In this document: piece by piece, positions 1-10,898 of the stretch | How the letters are laid out: each line of letters begins with the position of its first letter | Position numbering within the stretch: position 1 is the first letter of the stretch | Origin: Diplonema japonicum | Lineage: Eukaryota > Protista > Euglenozoa: Diplonemea | NCBI GenBank assembly: GCA_964019335.1 | Contig: OZ025666.1 | Coordinates: 1-64,000, forward strand | Length of the DNA: 64,000 bases | Direction: 5' to 3' | Made by a program: the position numbers and the translations under genes | The notes under the pieces: model-generated | What the model saw: only the letters and a program-made list of their open reading frames with translations | Told to the model about the DNA's origin: nothing | Databases searched by the model: none

Positions 1-1020
1 GTTTGCGGGTTTGCGGGTTTGCGGGTTTGCGGGTTTGCGGGTTTGCGGGTTTGCGGTTTGCGGGTTTGCGGGTTTGCGGGTTTGCGGGTTTGCGGGTTTG
101 CGGGTTTGCGGGTTTGCGGGTTTGCGGGTTTGCGGGTTTGCGGGTTTGCGGGTTTGCGGGTTTGCGGGTTTGCGGGTTTGCGGGTTTGCGGGTTTGCGGG
201 TTTGCGGGTTTGCGGGTTTGCGGGTTTGCGGTTTGCGGTTTGCGGGTTTGCGGGTTTGCGGGTTTGCGGGTTTGCGGGTTTGCGGTTTGCGGGTTTGCGG
301 GTTTGCGGGTTTGCGGGTTTGCGGGTTGCGGGTTTGCGGTGGGTTTGCGGGTTTGCGGGTTTGCGGGTTTGCGGGTTTGCGGGTTTGCGGGTTTGCGGGT
401 TTGCGGGTTTGCGGGTTTGCGGGTTTGCGGGTTTGCGGGTTTGCGGGTTTGCGGGTTTGCGGGTTTGCGGTTGCGGGTTTGCGGGTTTGCGGGTTTGCGG
501 GTTTGCGGGTTTGCGGGTTTGCGGGTTTGCGGGTTTGCGGGTTTGCGGGTTTGCGGGTTTGCGGGTTTGCGGGTTTGCGGGTTTGCGGGTTTGCGGGTTT
601 GCGGGTTTGCGGGTTTGCGGGTTTGCGGGTTTGCGGGTTTGCGGGTTTGCGGGTTTGCGGGTTTGCGGGTTTGCGGGTTTGCGGGTTTGCGGGTTTGCGG
701 GTTTGCGGGTTTGCGGGTTTGCGGGTTTGCGGGTTTGCGGGTTTGCGGGTTTGCGGGTTTGCGGGTTTGCGGGTTTGCGGGTTTGCGGGTTTGCGGGTTT
801 GCGGGTTTGCGGGTTTGCGGGTTTGCGGGTTTGCGGGTTTGCGGGTTTGCGGGTTTGCGGGTTTGCGGGTTTGCGGGTTTGCGGGTTTGCGGGTTTGCGG
901 GTTTGCGGGTTTGCGGGTTTGCGGGTTTGCGGGTTTGCGGGTTTGCGGGTTTGCGGGTTTGCGGGTTTGCGGGTTTGCGGGTTTGCGGGTTTGCGGGTTT
1001 GCGGGTTTGCGGGTTTGCGG
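1..1020 (+). repeat. Tandem 8-bp array (GGGTTTGC)n, telomere-like/G-quadruplex-prone satellite, truncated by the window start
   Basis: Near-perfect gggtttgc units with occasional single-base deletions; ends abruptly at 1020. Confidence 0.97.
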
Positions 1021-1035
1021 ATGTTGTTTCTGCTT

Positions 1036-1070
<35 letters not shown>

Positions 1071-1091
1071 TTTTTTTTTTTTTTTTTTTTT

Positions 1092-1161
1092 AAAAAGGGG
1101 GACTTGAGAAAATAAATAAAAAGGGGGACTTGAGAAAATAAATAAAAAGGGGGACTTGAGA
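1092..1161. repeat. Three tandem ~26-bp units (aaaagggggacttgagaaaataaat) in the element 3' UTR
   Basis: Directly visible. Confidence 0.85.
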
Positions 1162-2022
1162 ATGTTTTTTTTTTTTTTTTTTTTCTTCAAAAGACACACA
1201 AGGCACGATAAATCTTAAGAGAAAATAAAAATATTCCAAAACAGACAATCAAGTTCCAACCTGGGAGGAAGGCATGGGTTTCTCTTTTTCTTTATGGGAG
1301 GGAGAGGGGAAGAAGAAGAAGCAACTCCAAATGATAAAAATTCAAAAATAAAAATCTCAAAAAAGGCTTAAAAGAAGAAGAGGCAAATTCAAAAACATAC
1401 TAGGGAGGAATGAGTGGGGCAGGGGGTAAAATTTAGGAGGGGGAAAGAGGGAGAATCAAAAAAGGGGAAAGGGGCAGAGTGACCAATGTCCATGCGAAAA
1501 AGCATAGAGCGGGGGAAGAAGAAAATCAAAAACAGGAAAAACACATCACCACAAAAGAAAAAAGAAAAAAAAAAAAAAAACGTCGACCGAGATGGTTCCA
1601 CTTCAAAAAGAAAAAGAAAAAGAAAAACAGAAAAATAAAAAAAAAAAAAAAAAAAAAGGAAAAACAAAAAGAAAAAAAAAAAAAAAGGAAAAAAAAAAAA
1701 AATCTAAGTGGTTCTATCTAGCCTGGCCGTTGTAGCACCTGTTCCTATTCTTTTATTTTTCCCTTTTTTTTTTCTCAGAAAAAAAAAAAAAAAAGTTTCA
1801 CATCTTCCTATGGCGGGGGGGGGGGAGAACAGCCCCCCACACCCCCGCTGGCCTATCTGGCCAGCGAGCCTTTGGACCTCTTCTTGTGGGGTATGGGCCC
1901 CACCCGTGCCCTCCCCGACTCGAGCTGCAGCCAAGCCACCGCACTGTTCACCGGGGCCCAGTTCTCCTTGTTGCGCACCTTGACCGTGTCCCGCACCAGG
2001 TCGTCGCTCCCCAGCTCTTCCA

Positions 2023-4356
2023 TCAACCTGTGCTCCGCCAAGAACTTGAACTGGGGCCGGTCATCCCCTTGAGCTCACCCCTGCATATGTTGGCTTCGAC
2101 CACGGTGCCATCCGCCCCCGTACCCTTCAGATAGATGTAGCCACCCTCCACACAATCCGAGTCAGTACTGGCCGATCGGGCCCGGGCCCGCTTCTTGTCC
2201 TTCTTGCTCCACTTCAGCTCTTCCAGGGTGGGGAGGTCCGTGGCAACCACCTCAGGCCGCCTCTCCCTGTCTTCCTCCTTCTTCCGGGCCAACAGCCCAA
2301 GGTACCTCTCAAAGGAGACGTCCTCGAACAACCCCGGGACCGTCACCACCGCTGACTGCAGGTCGACCTCTTCAACACCCATCTTCCGCAGATGGTCCTG
2401 GACAGTGCGCCTCGTCTCCTTCTCGCAGGGCCCCCTCCCCTCGTAGACGTCGAGGGTGACCTTCCTTCCATCCCTCACCCACGCCTTCACTTTGATCAGG
2501 TCCTTGACCTTTCCCACTGGGGCCCTTATCCTTGCGTCGCACCTCTCCAAGAACTCACGTAGTGTCACCTTGGTAGCGCCGGCTCCCGCCGCAATGCCCA
2601 CTACCCCTTCCTTCCCCGGTGTCGGGTGGTGTCTGCACCCCCGGGTCTGCAACTTGACCACCCTCCATGCCGTTTCCAGAGTCCCCTTGAGCACGCCACC
2701 CTTGAAACGAACAGGTTGCACCGCCGAACACCCACACGCGTACGTGATCTGGAAATCCTGGACCGTCCTCGGGAACTCGAACTCGCGGTATGTTTCCGAC
2801 TTCTGCACCTCACAACCCACAATGCGGCTGCGGCGCTCTCCGTCCGACCCACCTTCCAAGCTTGCGAAGTACTGCTTTACCATCATGTATCCAAGTCCAG
2901 CGATACCAATCTGGCCAGCCATAGCCACCTCCAGTGGAACACCCAGCGACTCGGCCTTCGCAAGAAGCATCTCCTCAGTCCTCTCCCTTCCAGGGTCCGT
3001 TCCTTCTTCAAGGATGATCTCCACCCGGCCCTCGAACTGGATGATGAACTTGAGCAGTCGGTCCCCCGGCCTCGCCCTCAGTGGCACCATCGCTCTCGGA
3101 ATTGGGATGCCCATCACCACATCAATCGGGTCAAGCTGAACGAAGTCTCCCCCTACTTCCACCTGCTGTTCCCTTTCCGGTGCCCCGACTCCCATCAGCT
3201 GATCTCCCTCCGGCGTCTGGATCCCACCCCTAGGTGTGTCAGGCCCCGACTGGCTGCCTCCGCTCGGTGCGTTCCCGCCCTCTTTGGTCCCTTCGGGGGC
3301 GTCATCCGCCTGCGGCTTCAGAGTCCTCCCACCGCCCTGTCTCTTCGCAGCTTGTTCCCTACAGAATTCGCTCACGGTCATCTTCCTCGTAGCAGTTGTC
3401 GCACTCTGGTCCCCCTTGTTCGAGTCCCTCTGGGCCTCCGTATCCCCCTTAGGACACTGGTCCAAGGTCTGGTTCACCGCAGCGTCAGTCGCCCCTTGTC
3501 TCTTCCCATCTTCCTGGGCCTTCGGGTCAAGCTCCCCTCCCTGCCCAGCCCTCTCGCTGGATCCTGTTCCGACCATCTCCGTGTCTTCTCCTCCCGGCGA
3601 GGCTGCTTCGAGTCCTGCTCCCGCTTTCCCTTGTGTTCCACCCTCCACCGGTTCCGCCTTTCGCTGCTGCTGCATTCGGGCGTCCAGGTCCTTCTTCGTC
3701 TGCTCCAGAAGGGCATCCAGCTGGTGGGCCACCGTGATTGGGGGTCCGCCTCCCTGTCCCTTCACTTCCCTCTCGGACGACTCCTCAGCTTCGGTGGTTT
3801 TTTCATTGCCGAAGGAGTCCTCTGTGAGGTCAGTGTTGGATTCAGTGTTGGGTTCGTTGTTCGCTTCCTCGTTGTCCTTTTTTTCCTCTTCGCCGTCCGG
3901 TACCGGGGGCCCTGGATCCAACTGTACAGGCCCTTTGACTAACAGCGCCCCTGCTATCGATCTCATCATGGCCGTTGACACCTCTTGGACCACACGCCTG
4001 TGTATCGAGACTCTGTCCCCGTGAGCCCGCGCAGCTATGCTCCTGGACAGTTTCTTCGTGAGGTAGACTGCTGCCTCCCCGAACCCCCCAAAGGTCTCCA
4101 TCGCGAAAGGTACAAAGGCCACGCGTGTCTTGGCGAGCTCCGCCTCATACTTCTGGCGCTTGTAGTGTTCCGCCTTCGCCGCTGCGTATCCCGCAGTCTT
4201 CGCCGCCTGGTTGACACAAGACTCGTTCCTCGGGTGCACGATGACCACGTCCATAGCCATTGGGCGGGAACCCCCCACCCCACCTGGGAAGAACACGTCC
4301 GCCGGGCGCTGGGACGACCCCGGGATCAGCCCCGTCTTCTCCATCGTTGCGCTCAC
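2023..4356 (-). CDS. C-terminal part of the retrotransposon ORF: restriction-like endonuclease plus ~630-aa extension; RT lost by 5' truncation
   Basis: RPAD...AMDV...AAKAEHYKRQKY...FVPFAMETFGG matches the CRE-clade PD-(D/E)xK RLE pattern. Confidence 0.8.
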   Translation of the reverse strand: MSATMEKTGLIPGSSQRPADVFFPGGVGGSRPMAMDVVIVHPRNESCVNQAAKTAGYAAAKAEHYKRQKYEAELAKTRVAFVPFAMETFGGFGEAAVYLTKKLSRSIAARAHGDRVSIHRRVVQEVSTAMMRSIAGALLVKGPVQLDPGPPVPDGEEEKKDNEEANNEPNTESNTDLTEDSFGNEKTTEAEESSEREVKGQGGGPPITVAHQLDALLEQTKKDLDARMQQQRKAEPVEGGTQGKAGAGLEAASPGGEDTEMVGTGSSERAGQGGELDPKAQEDGKRQGATDAAVNQTLDQCPKGDTEAQRDSNKGDQSATTATRKMTVSEFCREQAAKRQGGGRTLKPQADDAPEGTKEGGNAPSGGSQSGPDTPRGGIQTPEGDQLMGVGAPEREQQVEVGGDFVQLDPIDVVMGIPIPRAMVPLRARPGDRLLKFIIQFEGRVEIILEEGTDPGRERTEEMLLAKAESLGVPLEVAMAGQIGIAGLGYMMVKQYFASLEGGSDGERRSRIVGCEVQKSETYREFEFPRTVQDFQITYACGCSAVQPVRFKGGVLKGTLETAWRVVKLQTRGCRHHPTPGKEGVVGIAAGAGATKVTLREFLERCDARIRAPVGKVKDLIKVKAWVRDGRKVTLDVYEGRGPCEKETRRTVQDHLRKMGVEEVDLQSAVVTVPGLFEDVSFERYLGLLARKKEEDRERRPEVVATDLPTLEELKWSKKDKKRARARSASTDSDCVEGGYIYLKGTGADGTVVEANICRGELKGMTGPSSSSWRSTG

Positions 4357-4377
4357 CCCGGCCCACTGACAGTGTCA

Positions 4378-5078
4378 ATGTTGTTTCTGCTTTCCGCATC
4401 AAATGTTGTATTTGGATGTAATAGAAAAGGGGAAATAATAAATAATATGTACAAGAGGAGGGTGTGTATGTTTATACAACCTGTGTAAACAGATCGGTTC
4501 CTTACTTTCAGCGCCGGGCCCCTAATGCGTGCGATGTACAGCTCAACCCCTGCATCGCACTGCCTGTTTGTTGCACATATTTTCATGTTGTCTCCCCCCC
4601 CCCCCCCCCCACCTGAAAATAATATATAGGAGATAAATATATGAGTTAAAGGAGGCTGGTGTTGGCAGCACCCTGCACAAGAACTGTCTACTTGATTACA
4701 GGGGGGCGCACCACAGCCGAGTTGTAGCTTCTTCTGCGTTCTGCATCGTTTCCTTAATCACCGTGGCCGGGATGTAGCTTCTTCTGCGTTCCACATCGTG
4801 CCCTTAATCACTGCAGCCAGGTTGTAACTTCTTGCATTCCGTGTCATTTCCTTAATCACGATGGCCGGACGGCCGGGTTGTAGCTTCTTCTGCATTCTGT
4901 GTCGTGTCCTTAATGTGTGTGGTGTTCAGCTCAACCCCAGCCAGGGCACCCCAGGTAACCAAGATTCTGCACTTGTGTTGTTTGCTCAGTGATGACAGAT
5001 GAGGTCAACAGCGAACAACACATCTGATGTTTTTCTTATATTTTCATGTTATCCCCACCACCTGAAAAAGAAGATAAA

Positions 5079-5114
<36 letters not shown>

Positions 5115-5156
5115 CAACAGCCAGCACCCCCATGCACACTGAAATTTTATTGTTTT

Positions 5157-5188
<32 letters not shown>

Positions 5189-5400
5189 TTTTTCTATATT
5201 GTTCACCAGGAGGTGCACATGTGACACCTGCTTTTCCCTGTGCAGCATAGTGGTACATGTTATAAAACACGTGCTGTGTTGTGCACCCTGTGTTGCATAC
5301 ATCATGTGTGTCGAAAATTTGCAGTGTTGGGGTGGTTTGTGGGCCAGACCTCAGACCACCAGTCTGGCCAGCACTGCTTATCCCTTTTTTTTTTTTTTTT
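4378..5400. repeat. Left arm of a ~1-kb inverted repeat, partner of ~12840-13868
   Basis: Reverse-complement match, e.g. ttgtttctgctttccgcatcaaatg vs catttgatgcagaaagcagaaacaa; near-identical ORF translations on opposite strands. Confidence 0.9.
4700..4920. repeat. ~50-bp minisatellite (ttgtagcttcttctgcgttccgcgtcgtgtccttaatcacc...); further copies near 8090-8200, 13300-13545, 14830-15025
   Basis: Recurrent unit gcagaagaagctacaac/gttgtagcttcttctgc in both orientations. Confidence 0.85.
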
Positions 5401-5493
5401 TTTTTTTTTTGCATTGTACTTTTCTTGCAAAAAAAGGCCTCTTTTTAATATTTTTTTCCAAAGCAGGTCTCCAAACCCCCTGACATTTTTTTT

Positions 5494-5499
<6 letters not shown>

Positions 5500-5526
<27 letters not shown>

Positions 5527-5838
5527 TAGTCACAACAAGGTAGTATGAGCCTTGCCTCACATCCCACCTAAACCTAGGACCTCTTTTTTTGAACCTTTGA
5601 AACCAAAAGTACCAAAAATGCAAGCCCCAGCCTAAATTTGGGCCTTTGTGACACAAAAAACACAAAGAAATTTTTTGGTCCCAAGAGTCCCCTGAGTCCC
5701 CTGAGTCCCCTCCAGACCCCTGAGTCCCTTGAGTCCCTCCAGTCCCCTGAGTCCCCTCCAGACCCCTGAAAATTTCAGGGGACTCCTGTCCTGTCCCTTG
5801 GAGTCCCCTGAGTCCCTCAAGGGTCTGGACCAACACTG
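5500..5838. repeat. Module with GAGTCCCCT subrepeats; inverted copies at ~9255-9352 and ~10693-10890
   Basis: Reverse-complement matches (GDSWDQKISLCFLCHKGPNLGWGLH on both strands). Confidence 0.85.
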
Positions 5839-5916
5839 GCTGGAGGCGAGCAGAAGATTGTCAACCTTTATCCTGAAAAGATAGGGTCACTCATTTTAAC
5901 ATTTGCACCTGGAGAA

Positions 5917-6690
5917 GTGGAGTATCACCATCCATACTACATAAGAATAAGTAATAACTACCAATACCTTCCTGTGACACGAGATGAAGAAACAATCTTT
6001 TTACAGCTATCATTGGAACATGACCCTAATGAGGACTATGCTCACTTACACTTATCAAAGGGAGAGATGTACTTTGCTGGTCATAAGGTATATGTGAGCA
6101 ATGACTATCAAGAAATCAAAATACAGAATTTCATACTCCCCTACACATATGAGACACTCTACCTGCTTATGAGACCTGACAATACTTTTCCTATTGCTGA
6201 GCTCCCTCATAAGGCTTATGATGATTTTATACAATTGCTTCTTAGTATTGGTTTCAAGTACATTCATAAAAGTAGTAAGATAGCTACCATTGCAAAAAGG
6301 ATAATTAAGACATTGGATGAAGAATATGATCCTAATCTGACAGGTCTTGAAAATGTGAAGAAGGTGTTAAGAGAAAGCCCCCCTGATGTAGAAATGATAT
6401 CCCCTTCTGTACTATTGTCAACAAGATATATCACACCATTAACACCACCTCCTCTAATAGATCTTAGATCACCAGAAGAAGTTACTATAAGAAGAGCATC
6501 TCATCAATTAAACTTTGAGATTATTGAGAAAGGAGGTGTTGCTAAGTTAATGAGTAATGACAGTGATGGAGCACTTCTACAGATTGAGAAAGAATTCCCC
6601 AAACAATCCTTAGAAAGATTATCAGGAGGTGATCCTTCAAACAGGTTTGTGAAGGGGAGCAACAATCAGTTCTATATCCTTCCTACCTAG
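5917..6690 (+). CDS. Hypothetical protein in the Polinton-like fragment (probably partial)
   Basis: 257-aa ORF with composition like neighbouring viral-type ORFs; no recognised motif. Confidence 0.4.
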   Translation: MEYHHPYYIRISNNYQYLPVTRDEETIFLQLSLEHDPNEDYAHLHLSKGEMYFAGHKVYVSNDYQEIKIQNFILPYTYETLYLLMRPDNTFPIAELPHKAYDDFIQLLLSIGFKYIHKSSKIATIAKRIIKTLDEEYDPNLTGLENVKKVLRESPPDVEMISPSVLLSTRYITPLTPPPLIDLRSPEEVTIRRASHQLNFEIIEKGGVAKLMSNDSDGALLQIEKEFPKQSLERLSGGDPSNRFVKGSNNQFYILPT

Positions 6691-6828
6691 TATCTTAGTA
6701 CCAATACCTAGTAAAGGAACTACCCCTATTGGCAGTCTTCTTATTTATCACTTAGATGATGATTAAATACAGGTGACAACTTTGTAATTACTCCAGAGAT
6801 AGCAGTTCTTCTTGCAGCCCCTCTTATT

Positions 6829-7173
6829 ATGAAAGGGGTTGCCTTTAACAACTATAATCCAGAAGCAATAAGAGGCTTTGCAGATATAAGTACTTCTCCT
6901 ACATTTGCATCAAGGTCAAACAAAGAAGATAAACTAAGATCATTAGCAGGAAAAAAGAGAAGAGGTAATGGTGTTGTGTTTAGGGGACCAATTCTCACAA
7001 CTATTGAAGAAGCACATGGAAGCTTTATGAAACTTGCTGCAGCAATCAAAGCTGGTAACAGTTCACAAGAGGCAAGGAATAGAGCTGTTCACTTACTTGA
7101 CTATCTTTTTAAGGTAGGAAAGATTGGTGAAAGAGAACATAAAACCTTAAATAAATGGTTATTGAGTGTATAA
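6829..7173 (+). pseudogene. Polinton/adintovirus conserved-protein C-terminus (LAAAIKAGNSSQEARNRAVHLLDYL)
   Basis: Resembles the L..S..AGN...N....I...L C-terminal motif of Polinton proteins as I recall it; upstream frame broken by stops. Confidence 0.5.
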
Positions 7174-7176
7174 AAA

Positions 7177-7617
7177 ATGGTTGTTTCAATCACCTTATTA
7201 AGTGATGGTTATCTCCAACTGACTTCACCCATGAGATATCTCCAGCTCTTCATCTTGACAGTAATAAGAAGTATGAGATCAGTCTATCAAAGTGTAATAT
7301 GTACTATTCTTGGACAAACATATCAGCAGGACAAGGTAACAATGTGTTTGTTTGAATATAGTGATGATAATGGAAGTAGTTGGAAGACACAAACCTTTGA
7401 TGATGGGACCTATGGTACCAAGTGAGATTTACTATAGGGTCACTATATAGTCTCTTAGGATTTACAAGTGGTCAGGTTATATCAACTAGTATGATAGCCC
7501 CTAATAAAGCAGACATCACAAAAGGTGTTGAGTCACTGTTAGCTTGGTTGATATGAGTGAGAGTATATGGAATGGGAACCAATCACAAGTGTTGTTTAGT
7601 CTTCCTCCACCTGATAA
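7177..7617 (+). pseudogene. Polinton minor capsid (penton) pseudogene
   Basis: Across frameshifts reads LDSNKKYEISLSKCNMYYSWTNIS..GNN / FEYSDDNGSSWKTQTFDDGTYG / LLGF...KADITKGVESL / SIWNGNQSQVLFSLPP. Confidence 0.65.
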
Positions 7618-10600
7618 CAGTGTTGTTATGGGAAAAAACCCAGGGGGGGGCAGGGTGTGGGGGGGCTGGGGGGTGGGAACAGGGGGTACACCACAGCTTC
7701 TTCTGCGTTCCATGTTGTGTCCTTAATGTGTGTGGTGTTCAGCTCAACCCCAGCTGGTGCCCTAAGTAGTTTACTCACCCTGAGCATCTGCAATTTGTTC
7801 TTCCACTCAGGGTGCTACAGGTGATGACCAGCCAAGTGGATGGAGGAAAATGCCTGTTCGTCGTGTTGGTGGTGCCCACACAAGAACTGTTAACTTGATA
7901 CAGGGGGGCACTGTGTTCTGCATTGTGTCCTTAATGTGTGCAGTGTGCAGCTTAACCCCAGCTGGAGCAACACAACCCATCTGTCATGTCTTTAATGTGT
8001 GTGGTGTACAGCTCAACCCCAGCTAGAGTGTCCCAGGTAACCAAGATTTGGCAGCACCCTGCACAAGAACTGTCTACTTGATTACAGGGGGTGCACCACA
8101 GCCAGGTTGTAGCTTCTTCTGCATTCTGCATCGTGTCCTTAATCACCATGGCTGAGTTGTAGCTTCTTCTGTGTTCTGTGTCATGTCCTTAATGTGTGTG
8201 GTGTTCAGCTCAACCCTAGCTGGGGTGCCCCAGGTAACCAAGATTCTGCACTGTGGTTTGCTCAGTGATGAGGAGGTCAACAGTGAACACATCTGATGTT
8301 TTTCTTATATTTTCCCCCACCACCTGAAAAAGAAGATAAAGGTTTTTTTTTTTCTTTTTTATTTTTTCTTTGTTTCTCATTGTTGTCATCTCTCAGTACC
8401 TGTGTAACATCTTTTCTTGTAGACATCTGTTTATATGTTTGAACTCTGCAGCAAAAAAAAAGGGGGATGTGGCCCAAACTTGGGGTCACTTTGGCTATTT
8501 TTGACCCCAAATTTTTTTTTCTGGAAAAAGCCAGAAATCATGAAATTTATATTAAAAACACCTTAAAAACCCATTTCTGCAAACCAAAAAGTTCAGAAAG
8601 GTGTTTAGGTGGAATACACATCTCTAAACTATATATTCTGAAGTAAAAAGTAAGTAAAAATCAAAAAATCTCAGGGGGGTAACTCATCCTCATGACAACA
8701 CTGGGAGGGCAAAAAATAATTTTTTTTTTGAACACACAATTTGGTCCCAAAAATGGAATTCTGAACAGCCAATAGAAAGTTTTAACCCCACTTGGACTGA
8801 AAATTTTTTTTCAAAAATCACTTTAGGAATTTTCCTTAGGGCCTAAATGGCCACCTGAAAATCACAAAATCAAGCTTCATAGTCATTAGAATGGTATTGG
8901 AATTTTGGCCTAATTTTGGGTGATAATAAGCAAAATTCCCCTTGAAGTAGGTTTCCCAGCCTAATTGATTTTTTTTTCTTCGTCCTCCTATTCAAAACTT
9001 TTTAGTCCCAGTGTTGCCAAAATGGGTTGAAAATTAAAGTACCCAGCTGTGGTTACTTAATCAAAAAAGAATTTAATAGTCCATTTAACCATGTATTCAA
9101 ACCTTTTACCCTTACTTGGTTTTTTTTGTGGAATTTATTTCATTTTTTTGGTTTTTTTTTTTTTAAATAAACCTCTTTTTTTTTTGGCTGGCCAAGCCCT
9201 CTCCTTTCTTTTTCTCCCTCCCTGGCCTTGGGTAGGGGTAGGGGTGGGTGGGGCCTGGGCAGTGTTGGTCCAGACCCTTGAGGGACTCAGGGGACTCCAA
9301 GGGACAGGACAGGAGTCCCCTGAAATTTTCAGGGGTCTGGAGGGGACTCAGGGCAGTGATGGGTGAATCCTAATTAGGACTAGACCAGACTGGACTGGAC
9401 TGGACTGGATCCAGTGTGAATTTCAACCCAATTATGCCAGACTGACCAGACCAGACCAGACCAGACTGGACTGGGCTGGACTGAACCAGACCAGACAAGA
9501 TACAACCACAACACCACATCCCCCCTTTTACGCAGAAGAAGCTACAACTTGGCCATGGTGATTAAGGACACGATGCAGAATGCAGAAGAAGCTACAACCT
9601 GGCTGTGGTGCACCCCCTGTAATCAAGTAGACAGTTCTTGTGCAGGGTGCTGCTGCAAAATTGCAGAAAATTTTCGAGTCTGGTCAGTCTGGCCAATCTG
9701 GTCAGCCTGGTAAAATGGGTACACTGGACTGGACCAGATTCACCAATCACTGCCTTGATGATGCAAAGAGGAAAAAGAAAAAAAAAAGGTAAGGAATTCC
9801 CTGTTCCACCAAGTTCTGGTTCCACTGGTTCCACCATTCCACCAAGCTCTGACTTTTCAGTTGGTGGAAGGGAATGGAACAACCCACCCCTGCATGAGCA
9901 GAATCTGGTTACCCAGGACACCCTGGCTGGGGTTGAGCTGAACACTGCACACATTAAGGACATGACACAGAACACAGAAGAAGTTGTGGTGCACCCCCTG
10001 TAATCAAGTAGACAATTTTTTTTGTGAGGAAAAAAATTCTTTGGGCCCTTTTTTTTTGACCCATGACCATCTCACTTTCACTATTAGCCTCATTGAGGTC
10101 TAGAATAGGTATTTTTGAGGGAAAAAAAATTTTTTTTTGAAAAAATCAATTTAAGGGTGTTTTTGGCCACATTTTTTGGGAGGAAAAACAATTTTTTGGA
10201 CACTATTTTTTTTTTTTTTTTTTTCCAGCACCCCATGCACCCAATAAAGTACAGTAAAAAAAAGGGGGGTAAATACAAAGAATGAGAAGGGTAAGTCATA
10301 AAGGAGAGAAAACCAACAGATAGACCATTACTAAGCCTGATATAGGTACCCTTTGTGAAAACAATCAATTGTGAGGTAAAAAACCACTTTTCAGGTGTTT
10401 TTGACCACTTGTTCATGTGAAAAATAATTTTTTTTGGGCACCTTTTTTTTTGACCCCCAAACATCTCACTTTCACCCCACTTCACTAAATGCCTCTATTA
10501 AGGCCTAAAATAGGTACTTTTGGAAAAAAAATCAATTTTTGGGTGTCTTTGACAACTTTTTTTGGGTGGAAAAAATTTTTTTTGGACTATAAAAAAAATT

Positions 10601-10687
10601 TTTTTTTGCCCCCCCACCCCCCTGGATTTGCCCCCCCATGCCCCCCTGAAAATCTTTGGGGGGCAACCCATTCTCATAACAACACTG
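7618..10687. mobile_element. Composite segment bounded by hAT-like TIRs CAGTGTTGTTATGRGAA
   Basis: 7618 cagtgttgttatgggaa vs reverse complement of ttctcataacaacactg ending at 10687 (16/17 match); no transposase, no clear TSD. Confidence 0.5.
9354..9752. mobile_element. Non-autonomous hAT-like MITE: TIR CAGTGATGGGTGAATC, subterminal GGACT/CCAGA pentamers
   Basis: Inverted ends cagtgatgggtgaatcc / gattcaccaatcactg; a second right end at ~12700-12799. Confidence 0.55.
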
Positions 10688-10860
10688 CTGGAGGGGACTC
10701 TTGGGACCAAAAAATTTCTTTGTGTTTTTTGTGTCACAAAGGCCCAAATTTAGGCTGGGGCTTGCATTTTTTTGGTACTTTTGGTTTCAAAGGTTCAAAA
10801 AAAGAGGTCCTAGGTTTAGGTGGGATGTGAGGCAAGGCTCATACTACCTTGTTGTGACTA

Positions 10861-10898
<38 letters not shown>

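Larger units (their letters stand above)
1038..4377 (-). mobile_element. 5'-truncated non-LTR retrotransposon of the CRE/SLACS-like RLE group, with poly(A) tail and 17-bp TSD
   Basis: ATGTTGTTTCTGCTTTC at 1021-1037 and 4378-4394 flanks it; T-tract 1038-1091 is the minus-strand poly(A); RLE motifs in ORF 2023..4356. Confidence 0.85.
5839..7617 (+). mobile_element. Decayed Polinton/Maverick (adintovirus-like) fragment
   Basis: AT-rich intronless tightly packed ORFs; AGN-motif ORF followed by a frameshifted minor-capsid-like ORF. Confidence 0.65.

Noticed and set aside
1021-1037. TSD similarity (GTTTCTG) to the euglenozoan spliced leader
   Set aside because: Only 7 nt match; no SL exon, donor or Sm site nearby
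3-1115. Three 360-370 aa ORFs (RVCGFAGL)n
   Set aside because: Translations of a stop-free 8-bp tandem repeat
2626-3942. 438-aa plus-strand ORF and other overlapping ORFs
   Set aside because: Antisense shadow of the GC-rich retrotransposon ORF; no motifs
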